The notes beneath the pieces are model-generated. The model was not told the DNA's origin. It saw only the letters and a program-made list of their open reading frames with translations, and ran no database searches. A stretch of 63,999 nt of DNA, filler included, from Octopus bimaculoides (taxonomy: Eukaryota): the NCBI RefSeq assembly GCF_001194135.2. It is 5 parts of 4 records of this genome, joined end to end, with 100 filler letters (N's around TTAATTAATTAA, not from the genome) between each part and the next. Parts side by side here need not be neighbours in the genome. Positions count along the whole stretch, not along the records: positions 51,330 to 61,331 come from NC_069005.1; positions 61,432 to 63,999 come from NW_026365881.1; 3 more parts are not named here. One strand, written 5' to 3'. The position numbers were made by a program, and so were the translations under genes. Below are positions 53,455 through 63,999 of the stretch, piece after piece (the first letter of the stretch is position 1; each line of letters begins with the position of its first letter).

Positions 53455-53668
53455 TAAGGTAGTGAGCTGGTAGAATCGTTAGCACACTGGACGAAATGCT
53501 TAGGGGTATTTTGCCTGTCACTATATTCTGAGTTCAAATTCTGCTGCGGCCAGCTGCATCTTTCACTCTTTAGGGGTTGATAAATTAAGTACCAGTGAAA
53601 CTCTGGGGTTGATGCAATTAAGTAGCACCATCCCCCAAATTTCAGGCCTTGTGCTTTTAGTAGAAAGG
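53455..53668 (+). mobile_element. SINE family B, full length, (TTA)n on both sides
   Basis: A box ctggtagaatcg, B box gagttcaaattc, body shared with the other B copies. Confidence 0.85.
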
Positions 53669-53929
53669 ATTATTATTACTATCATCATCATCATTATTAT
53701 TATTATTATAGACGTTACACAGTATACAATATCATGAGGTTGTTGATTGAAGATGTTGCGTCTACCAGGGGTTTGTATTGTTTGTCAAGTCCCAACAAGG
53801 ACCTCAGACAGACAGTACTTTACGTAATATGTATGCAATTCCAAGTAATGCCAACTTTTGCAATACATCTAAATTGTAAGGTATTTTTATGGTTTTCAAA
53901 AGCTTTTTTTTCAGATTGGGTATCATTAT

Positions 53930-54625
53930 TATTTTTATCATTTACGGTTTCCTTTTATTATAACTTTATTTCATCTGCCTTAGTACCGGGCATCCTCCAG
54001 AGGCCAAGAGTAACAAGGGCACTTTTGTTTTGCTGTGCATGCTAAAATTATCACCACATTTATTCCATTTTAGATGGAGAGTGCTTTCCGTAGTAAATGG
54101 GTTGTATCCATCAAGGTTATCTTTTGTAGTTCATGGAGACTGGAGTTACCAGGAAGTTACTTAATATACTTCTCAGCCCCCTTCTTTATCATTCCCAACC
54201 CACCAATCATTACTGGTATTATCATAGTACTAAGCTTCCACATTTTTGTGATTTCAATTTGCAGATCTTTATAGTGAGAAAGCTTTTGTATTCCTTTCTT
54301 GAGACATTTTGATCTTGTGGGACAGACATATCTATTAACAGACAAGTTCCTCTGTTGTAGTCCTTGATTACAATGTCTGGTCGATTGGAGTCAATTTTTC
54401 TGTCTGTTTGTATTGGGAAATTCCAAGGAACGGTGATCCTCTGGATGGTACCTGTACCACTTAACTTGGGATTTAATTTTGTAGCATTCCAGTGGATGTA
54501 CTGCCTTAGTCTGCGATGTCTTACGAGGTACTCCTTTTCAGTGAGGACTGGGCAGCCAGAAACAACATGATCAATTGCCTCTGAATTTTCTGCAAATTCT
54601 GCATGAGGGGTCAGATCCATCTTTT
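53930..54625 (-). mobile_element. Dong-clade CCHC + RLE + 3' UTR, family H
   Basis: EAIDHVVSGCPVLTEKEYL.RH, SNRPDIVIKD..CLLIDMSVPQD, KLSHYKDLQIEITKMW; stop at 54070-54072; TAA-like tail on the minus strand. Confidence 0.88.
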
Positions 54626-55096
54626 GTTTTTGTTTTGTGATTGTGTTGGTATGTGCATGTTTGTGTGTGTGTGTTAATTGTTAAAAATATATATTTTTCA
54701 ATATGTTTCAGTTACAGCAGTAACAAAAACAACACTGTTAATATTCTATAGTGGCTTTGTTTCATTCATCAACAACAATAGGCATTCTGCAATAAAACAA
54801 ACTTTCCCCATGTTTCTATACAGCCAGAAATATAGTTCTTTGTCTCACTCTTCAATAAACAGCTGTCAAACAAACAAACAAACAAACCACACAAACTGCT
54901 TAAAGAAAAAAACAAAACAACCCTTCCTAAAACTCATTTATCTTTAGTTTAAACATTCAGCACACAAAGCTTCAAAACAACAGGTGGTCAGACATTTCAA
55001 CTCCCAAATCCACTTATTCTTGTTCAAACCCTAGACACAAGGAAGCAATTTATTAAAAATATTTAAAATCTTGACATTTTTCAACAGCTGACATCC

Positions 55097-55133
<37 letters not shown>

Positions 55134-55369
55134 GCACACGCACACGCACACGCACACACACACACACAGAGGCAAACATACACAAATGGACACATATAAA
55201 ATAGAGACAAGTCACAAAATTCCCATGTAGAAGGGTTGATAATTAAGAAATTCCTCTTACATTAAATAATTGGTAGTCTTGTTGACCCACAAATAAAAAA
55301 ATATCTATTCACCAACAGTGTTGAGCGCTCATACTCAGTGTTCAATATTAGTGTATACATATATATATA

Positions 55370-55515
55370 GGCACAGGCGTGGCTGTGTGGTAAGAAGCTT
55401 GCTTCCCAACCACATGGTTCTAGTTCAGTCCCTCTGTGTGGTACCTTGGGTAAATGTCTTCAACTATAGCCTCGGGTCAACCAAAGCTTTCTGAGTGGAA
55501 ACTGAAAGAAGCTTA
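55370..55515 (+). mobile_element. SINE family A, 5' half
   Basis: ggcacaggcgtggctgtgtggtaagaagcttgcttcccaaccacatggttctagttcagtccc. Confidence 0.85.
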
Positions 55516-55537
55516 TTGTGTGTGTATATAGATACAT

Positions 55538-55566
55538 ACTAGCAGAGATGCCCGGTGTTGCCCGTG
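55538..55566 (-). mobile_element. Probable Helitron 3' terminus
   Basis: Minus strand cacgg-gcaaca-ccggg hairpin (one mismatch), 8-nt spacer, CTAG, then T. Confidence 0.5.
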
Positions 55567-57237
55567 TTACATGCAATTAAAAAATGAGACTTTCTGTTAT
55601 ATTTTCTGTAAGGAACTGAAATACATATGATTCGAATTTCATCAAAATTGCACATGAGGGTTCTTTCCCTCTTTACACGCCCTAAAAAAATTCTAATCAT
55701 GAGACACNNNNNNNNNNNNNNNNNNNNNNNNNNNNNNNNNNNNNNNNNNNNNNNNNNNNNNNNNNNNNNNNNNNNNNNNNNNNNNNNNNNNNNNNNNNNN
55801 NNNNNNNNNNNNNNNNNNNNNNNNNNNNNNNNNNNNNNNNNNNNNNNNNNNNNNNNNNNNNNNNNNNNNNNNNNNNNNNNNNNNNNNNNNNNNNNNNNNN
55901 NNNNNNNNNNNNNNNNNNNNNNNNNNNNNNNNNNNNNNNNNNNNNNNNNNNNNNNNNNNNNNNNNNNNNNNNNNNNNNNNNNNNNNNNNNNNNNNNNNNN
56001 NNNNNNNNNNNNNNNNNNNNNNNNNNNNNNNNNNNNNNNNNNNNNNNNNNNNNNNNNNNNNNNNNNNNNNNNNNNNNNNNNNNNNNNNNNNNNNNNNNNN
56101 NNNNNNNNNNNNNNNNNNNNNNNNNNNNNNNNNNNNNNNNNNNNNNNNNNNNNNNNNNNNNNNNNNNNNNNNNNNNNNNNNNNNNNNNNNNNNNNNNNNN
56201 NNNNNNNNNNNNNNNNNNNNNNNNNNNNNNNNNNNNNNNNNNNNNNNNNNNNNNNNNNNNNNNNNNNNNNNNNNNNNNNNNNNNNNNNNNNNNNNNNNNN
56301 NNNNNNNNNNNNNNNNNNNNNNNNNNNNNNNNNNNNNNNNNNNNNNNNNNNNNNNNNNNNNNNNNNNNNNNNNNNNNNNNNNNNNNNNNNNNNNNNNNNN
56401 NNNNNNNNNNNNNNNNNNNNNNNNNNNNNNNNNNNNNNNNNNNNNNNNNNNNNNNNNNNNGAAATAGGAAATATATGTATGTTCACTGGGTTTGTAAAAG
56501 AGAGCAAAGCTACAGGAAACCAAAAGACGAATGATCACGATAATCAGTAAGCTGCCCTAGCCTAGTCGTTACTACACCCCGATGTAGGATTCCTCACCAT
56601 ACAGGTGACAGGTATAGCTGTAAGATGCATTACGGATCTATAGCAATTGGAAGGGCATGACCCAATTGAAATAACAACGTGTGACGTTTGGAGTAAAGGG
56701 AAATGAAAGTGTCGCCTCTGGAGTTTGCAAATGACCACTATACCGATAGGTAACTGGGGCAGAAAATATTTACAATCAATAAATGTCTTAGAACAACCAG
56801 TCACTCATCCGGCATTCAGTCCACAAAGTCTGCATCTGTACATATGTACGTACGTACATATGTATAAAGGTTTTTAGGCAAACCAACACCAGTCAAGAGC
56901 ACATCTTAATTGATACTAAACTGAGAGGCAAATCATTCTAAAGCGTTCCATGAAATATTTAATGATCTCTGAGCTGCAGAACTTAGTTAACCTTAAATTA
57001 TAAAAGAAAAACTGATCTCCATGTGTCAGTCCATAACAACATCTGTGTAGAGAGAGGGAAGAAGAGGAGGAATCAAAAGGGGAGATAACCCATACTGGCC
57101 ATATCAAAAACATGCCTTGTGGTATTTAGGTATTGGATAACATCCCTTTACACCAAAATGGTAAACATTGCTATTCAATAGAGATCAACACAGTACTGAA
57201 GTACATGTGTATGATATCATTATTTAACATTTCTTTT

Positions 57238-57400
57238 TTCCATGCTGGCATGTGTTGAATGGTTTGACATGAACTGATGAGCCAGAAGGCTGAGCTGAGC
57301 TCTAGTATCTGCTTTGGCATGATTTCTAAAGCTGGATGCCCTTCCTAATGCCAACCACTTCATAATATGTTCTGAGTGCTTTCTCATGGTAGCAGTACTG
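57238..57400 (-). mobile_element. RTE-associated 3' UTR module
   Basis: Minus strand gtggttggcattaggaagggcatccagc...catgccaaagcag; a related plus-strand fragment lies at 59965-59995 (caggaagggtatctggctgtgaaac). Family assignment is from recall. Confidence 0.5.
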
Positions 57401-57883
57401 GTCAAGTTACCAAGTAACCACAAACCCTGCATGACAAGATCTCTCAACCGAGTGGCAGACAGGATATGAAAGAAGAATAGAGGGAGAGAAGCAGGTGTCT
57501 TGCTGAAGAAGCGAATACATGAACCCAGAGAGTGAGAGAGATTTGAGATAAGGGTAAATACAATAGAGAAATAAGACAGAGAAACAGAAAAAGTATGTGG
57601 ATAGGTAGATAATTGTTATGAAGTATTGTTCCATATTGGAACAATATGGAACAATACTTCATAACAAAGTTCTCCCCCAAACTGAATGGCTGAAAATATG
57701 AAAATCACAGCCCATCTAGAACTATTAATTTAGTCTGTATAATAATGTCTTCACAATGTACAAGAAATTGTATGCATATTTGTTTCATTGAGCTCCTCCA
57801 CAAGACACTTTCCCTTGTACATTATTACCCATCCTAATATCTTCATTTTTGTAAAGAATTGTTCCTTATCTTCATTCCTCTTG

Positions 57884-57914
<31 letters not shown>

Positions 57915-58883
57915 NNNNNNNNNNNNNNNNNNNNNNNNNNNNNNNNNNNNNNNNNNNNNNNNNNNNNNNNNNNNNNNNNNNNNNNNNNNNNNNNNNNNNN
58001 NNNNNNNNNNNNNNNNNNNNNNNNNNNNNNNNNNNNNNNNNNNNNNNNNNNNNNNNNNNNNNNNNNNNNNNNNNNNNNNNNNNNNNNNNNNNNNNNNNNN
58101 NNNNNNNNNNNNNNNNNNNNNNNNNNNNNNNNNNNNNNNNNNNNNNNNNNNNNNNNNNNNNNNNNNNNNNNNNNNNNNNNNNNNNNNNNNNNNNNNNNNN
58201 NNNNNNNNNNNNNNNNNNNNNNNNNNNNNNNNNNNNNNNNNNNNNNNNNNNNNNNNNNNNNNNNNNNNNNNNNNNNNNNNNNNNNNNNNNNNNNNNNNNN
58301 NNNNNNNNNNNNNNNNNNNNNNNNNNNNNNNNNNNNNNNNNNNNNNNNNNNNNNNNNNNNNNNNNNNNNNNNNNNNNNNNNNNNNNNNNNNNNNNNNNNN
58401 NNNNNNNNNNNNNNNNNNNNNNNNNNNNNNNNNNNNNNNNNNNNNNNNNNNNNNNNNNNNNNNNNNNNNNNNNNNNNNNNNNNNNNNNNNNNNNNNNNNN
58501 NNNNNNNNNNNNNNNNNNNNNNNNNNNNNNNNNNNNNNNNNNNNNNNNNNNNNNNNNNNNNNNNNNNNNNNNNNNNNNNNNNNNNNNNNNNNNNNNNNNN
58601 NNNNNNNNNNNNNNNNNNNNNNNNNNNNNNNNNNNNNNNNNNNNNNNNNNNNNNNNNNNNNNNNNNNNNNNNNNNNNNNNNNNNNNNNNNNNNNNNNNNA
58701 TATCTCTCTCCACCCCTACACACTCAATAATACTATAAAAAGAGACGAATCCCCTCAAAAAAATTTAAATCTAAAGATTCTACTAGAATAGATGCAAGCG
58801 CAAATATATGATTTATAAAAACATGTGACATATTAATAGAAATCTGTAAATGTACAACCATCCAGATCTCTGAGTACCTTATT

Positions 58884-58929
<46 letters not shown>

Positions 58930-58930
<1 letters not shown>

Positions 58931-59155
58931 TTGTATGTCTTTGTGTCTGTGTTTGTCCCCCTTGACAACTGGTGCTGGTTTGTTTACATCTCTGTAACTT
59001 AGCAATTTGGTGAAAGAGACCAACAGAATAAGTACCAGGCTTTAAAAAAATAAGTACTGGGGGTCAATGGGTCAATACACTTGGCTAAAATTTCAAGGTA
59101 GTGCTTCAGTATGGCTACTAACAAATGACTGAAACACATAAAAGATAAATGATAA
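58930..59155 (+). mobile_element. SINE family A, 3' half
   Basis: ctgtgtttgtcccccttgacaac...agaataagtaccaggc...ggggtcaat...aaatgactgaaac. Confidence 0.8.
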
Positions 59156-60049
59156 AACTTGTTGCATCCTTTCCAGGAACACGGCCAGTAAATTTTCCTG
59201 AGAATCATCTTTTTGTTCATATAGTGTCTTTTTGAATATAATTTTCTTTTAGGGATAACACCCTTCTCTTGCAGTTAAGAAACTGCATTCTCCTCAGTTT
59301 TCAATTTCTCCATCATATTTGAAAAGTTAAATGAGTTGGCTATGGTCACACTTCTATTTAGGTTGAAAAGATCCAGGAAAACACAGTTCGAAATTATGAG
59401 AATGAGGTAGGACAGGAGAGCAACTGAAAATATCTGTTCATTTCTCAAAAAAAAAAACCACAGGTGAAAATGACAAAAATGATGTCATACAAATGTTTAG
59501 AAAATAGGTAGTTGTCCAAGAAAATAGGTAGGTAAAGCTAATAAACATGGCTGGAGTCTTAAGCAGATTATATCTTGGCTTGTTACTACAGAAACAGGCA
59601 CCAAATATGTCTGTAGCTTTTGAGTGGCTAAAATTACCCCAAATTTGCAAACTTTAAAAACTATTAACTCTTCATTTATTAATTTATGGCAAAAATGAGT
59701 TTCATTTCCATAATTAGTATATGAAACTATATCAGTATACCAAGTTTGAAAATAACTGGAACAAAATTAGAAGAATTTATTTTTGCAATAAATAAATAAA
59801 GGAAGAGTTTATAGCTTTTAAACTGTAACAGCAACAGAAAAGAATCTGCAATTACTTGTATGGTGCAAAAGGCAGTGTTGTAATCAGCTGCCTTTTGTGG
59901 ATAAATTGTTTGGTTACTTCATGACTTTCGTGCTGTGTGGAATATGAAAAATAGTTAACAGTTTAACATCAGGAAGGGTATCTGGCTGTGAAACAAGGCC
60001 TTGAGAATATATTTGTCAGTCATGTAAGCATGGAAAAAATATCAAAGAA

Positions 60050-60470
60050 ATGGATGTGGTTGCATGGTAAGAAGCTTGCTTCCCAACCACACGGTTCTGA
60101 GTTCAGTCCCACTGCATGGCACCTTGGGCTAGTGTTTTCTACCATAGCCTCAGGTTGACCAAAGGCATGTGAGTGGATCTGGTAGATGGAGACTGAAAGA
60201 AGCCCATCGTATATATACACCTATACATATACATCTATGTCTGTGTATGTGTGTATTTGTATCTATGTCTGTCCCCCACCACCACTTGACAACTAGTGCT
60301 GGTATGTTTACATTCCTGTAACTCAGTGGTTCAACAAAAGAGACTGATGGAATAAGTACCAGACTTAACAAAAAATAAATACTGGGGTCGATTCATTTGA
60401 CTAAAAGTTCTTCAAGGTGGTGCCCCAGCATGGCCACAAGTCTAATGACCGAAACAAGTAAAAGATAAAA
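60050..60470 (+). mobile_element. SINE family A, full length
   Basis: All family-A modules present in order. Confidence 0.9.
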
Positions 60471-60906
60471 CAAAACAAAAAAAGAAGAAAAAGAATAAAT
60501 GAACAAAAAAACCTCTATGCAGTTTCCATCAACCAAACTTCATTTACAGACATACAAGTTGAATTTTTCAGGCCAAAATTCGCAACCAAATACATGGAGG
60601 TTGATTCATACACCAAGACGATTTTGGAGAGACAAAAACTTCATGTGAGACGCAGCAAGATTTGGAAAGATTGTGAAGATACTGGAATGTTTAGGCTATA
60701 TACATCAATATGGTATAAGGTATTGATCAGTTTCAGGTTACAGCAGAAGACACATATATCTAAGGTGTTAAGCATACCACTGCCTGTGGTTTCTAAGTCA
60801 AATCTTAACCACAACACCATGATAAAAGTATATATTCATCAGTATTATAAAAAAAAAAATTTTAATATTGTGAGTAGATTTGGTAGATGGAAACTGAAAG
60901 AAGCCC

Positions 60907-61331
60907 AGTGTGCATACTCAACAGTGTAAGTACCTTGAGAGAAAAGTTGAACCTAAGAAGCATCAGATGTGGTGTGCAAGAGAGACGATTGCGTTGGTAT
61001 GGTCATGTAGCGAGAATGGATGAGGATAGCTGTGTGAAAAAGTGTCACACCCTAGCAGTTGAGGGAACCTGTGGAAGAGGCAGGCCCAGGAAGATCTGGG
61101 ATGAGATAGTGAAGCACGACCTCTGAACATTAGGCCTCACTGAGGCAATGACTTGTGACCGAGACCTTTGGAAATATGCTGTGCGTGAGAAGACCCGGCA
61201 AGCCAAGTGAGACCAAAATCGAAGGCCTCTGCCAGTGATGTAACCAGCCCACTTATGCGTACCTTTCCTCCATTGGACACTAAACTCCGCTTGTGAAGAC
61301 CTGTTGAGGCAAGTTAAATCGAAATCAAACT
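60907..61331 (+). mobile_element. RTE-clade LINE 3' end
   Basis: SVSTLREKLNLRSIRCGVQERRLRWYGHVARMDEDSCVKKC...GRGRPRKIWDEIVKHDL*...DRDLWKYAV (RLRWYGH / RGRP motifs), then UTR. Confidence 0.88.
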
Positions 61332-62046
61332 NNNNNNNNNNNNNNNNNNNNNNNNNNNNNNNNNNNNNNNNNNNNTTAATTAATTAANNNNNNNNNNNNN
61401 NNNNNNNNNNNNNNNNNNNNNNNNNNNNNNNTATATATATATGTATATATAAATATATATATACTACAGGTTGTCGTCCTATGTTTATATCCAGGTAACT
61501 CTCTTTAAAATGCTATTTGGCTGAAATACATTTTCGAGAGTGTAGATTACATAATGCTGATATTCCAAACACAACAACCTGCAAATAATAACTAACTAAC
61601 TAACTAAATAAATAGATAAGTACATAAGTAAAAGTGAAAATGGTAAGCTTACGGGAAATTGGTGATAGCAAAGTTTAGGAGGCGAGGTCGAAGTAAACCG
61701 AACCGATACCATTCTAAATAATTTCTTTCTAAACATTATCAATATAGTTGTAATCGTCAATGTCGGAAACGTATTTCTAACAAATGTTATCTAAAAATGC
61801 GACTTTGAAAGAGATTTATGAGGAAATAAAGTCACTCAGTTGGGAGAGAGAAGGACCTCAAATTTTTGTATATTTATTTTATTAAATCGTTGTCGTTGTT
61901 TTTGTTGATGTTGTTGTTGATGTTGTTATTATCATTGTTATTATTATTCTTTTATCAGCATAATTGTAATCTACACTCTCGAAGACGTATCGGCAAAATT
62001 TCATTTAAAAAGTTATGCATCTGTGTGTTACTGTGTTTGCATCTGT

Positions 62047-62077
<31 letters not shown>

Positions 62078-63557
62078 GTGTGTGCATGTTTGTGTGCATA
62101 TATGCACATATGTATGTGCATGTGCATATATGCACACAAACATGCACACGTGCGTCTATATATATATGTGTGTGTGTGTGTATAAAATCAAAATAAGCAA
62201 CTGGATATCAACTAGTGATGCAGTACGACCGTTTCAAGCGGCTTCGTCTCATTGAACAATGCAATCATTACATCAATTTAAATGCAATGCTATCTTCAGC
62301 TGCACAAATAAATAAACCTATTTATATATATAAAGTCACAAAATATGGATTCAAATAATTATTCTACAAAACATAAAGACTAACTAGTACGATACAATAG
62401 AAAACGATAAAGAGTATATAAAATCACAAATAACAGAGATATAGTTTATTGAAATGTTATTCAACACTAAGAAAATTCTAATATCTAATTCTAATTGTGA
62501 TATATATATTATAATTTGTTTTTATGTTCAGTTATAATTGAAAAAACAACTTGACATTAATTTATACGTCTGTAGAATACACATTCATTATTCTCAAATA
62601 AGAATATTATCGATCAGTCAAGTCATCATCCGACGATGGCATAAGCGTCCGAAACTTCCCAGTCTCCTATCAACCATATTCAAGCTTAAGAATTATATAT
62701 ATATATATATATATATATATNNNNNNNNNNNNNNNNNNNNNNNNNNNNNNNNNNNNNNNNNNNNNNNNNNNNNNNNNNNNNNNNNNNNNNNNNNNNNNNN
62801 NNNNNNNNNNNNNNNNNNNNNNNNNNNNNNNNNNNNNNNNNNNNNNNNNNNNNNNNNNNNNNNNNNNNNNNNNNNNNNNNNNNNNNNNNNNNNNNNNNNN
62901 NNNNNNNNNNNNNNNNNNNNNNNNNNNNNNNNNNNNNNNNNNNNNNNNNNNNNNNNNNNNNNNNNNNNNNNNNNNNNNNNNNNNNNNNNNNNNNNNNNNN
63001 NNNNNNNNNNNNNNNNNNNNNNNNNNNNNNNNNNNNNNNNNNNNNNNNNNNNNNNNNNNNNNNNNNNNNNNNNNNNNNNNNNNNNNNNNNNNNNNNNNNN
63101 NNNNNNNNNNNNNNNNNNNNNNNNNNNNNNNNNNNNNNNNNNNNNNNNNNNNNNNNNNNNNNNNNNNNNNNNNNNNNNNNNNNNNNNNNNNNNNNNNNNN
63201 NNNNNNNNNNNNNNNNNNNNNNNNNNNNNNNNNNNNNNNNNNNNNNNNNNNNNNNNNNNNNNNNNNNNNNNNNNNNNNNNNNNNNNNNNNNNNNNNNNNN
63301 NNNNNNNNNNNNNNNNNNNNNNTGTAAGAGAGAGAAAGAGAGGTATATAGATAAATAGATAGATAGACACATACATACATAAAAAATATACACATCAATA
63401 TTTATGTATCTCTCTAAAAAGATATATATATATATATATATTCAATTATGTGTATGTGTTTATAAATGCATGTATGTACGCATGTATTATATATATATCT
63501 GTATAAATGCATGTATATAATATGCACACACACACTCAAACACATGTATGTATACGT

Positions 63558-63756
63558 GAGTATAAATCCAAAACGATTACAGAGAGTACGGAGACCGGTG
63601 CACCTCAAATTTTTGTTTTAATTAAACAGTTCATTTCGCAGTATAATTATTTAGCTCGACTAACTAATTAAACCGTATAATTAACTTAAATTAAAGGAAA
63701 AATTTGAATATGTACCGGTCTCCGTACTCTCTGTAATTGCTTTTGTATTTAAACTC
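63558..63756. mobile_element. MITE, about 200 bp, with ~57-bp TIRs
   Basis: 63558-63614 gagtataaatccaaaacgattacagagagtacggagaccggtgcacctcaaattttt matches the reverse complement of 63698-63756. Confidence 0.75.
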
Positions 63757-63999
63757 CCGAAAATATTCATAATCCAGGGAAGCGAACGCAGATTTAACCA
63801 TCAGAAGAATTCATTTTGGGATTGTTCACCCTGAGTGATCCTTGGCGCTTCTTACTGCTTGATGTGGTTAGCCGTAATCGGGAATGTACCTGAGAGCTCT
63901 AACGGTACCCACCTTGATAATTTATCCTTAATTATACATACTAATTAAGAAGAATGACCACCAAAGTGGATTCCTAATATGCTAAAGATAGACGTCAAA

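Noticed and set aside
57274-57295. CTGATGA-gcc-agaa-ggc
   Set aside because: Not followed by GAAA; lies inside an RTE-associated repeat.

Overview
Repeat-dominated, AT-rich eukaryotic non-coding DNA from a gapped draft assembly, with many N runs and four TTAATTAATTAA gap placeholders. The repeat families and gap style point to an Octopus genome (inference, not verified). No host protein-coding exon, rRNA, genuine tRNA or CRISPR array could be supported. Nearly all ORF-track entries are microsatellite or N read-throughs, or transposon fragments. Recognisable content: (1) three clusters of R4/Dong-clade RLE non-LTR retrotransposon fragments (15.1-23.1, 32.6-34.1 and 51.3-54.6 kb), mostly bounded by (TAA)n, with about eight different 3' ends; (2) a decayed Penelope-like element (RT + GIY-YIG) on the minus strand at 9.4-11.7 kb; (3) at least four tRNA-derived SINE families; (4) RTE-type LINE tails, a mariner MITE, two unclassified inverted-repeat elements and a probable Helitron 3' end; (5) abundant microsatellites. 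Most interesting observations: a near-canonical type-I minimal hammerhead ribozyme at 34603-34643 plus weaker relics, head-to-tail stacking of Dong elements in TAA repeats, consistent opposite polarity of an ATT-tailed SINE and Dong in shared TAA arrays, and a spacer-free divergent Dong RT/RLE junction that looks like a twin-priming inversion.
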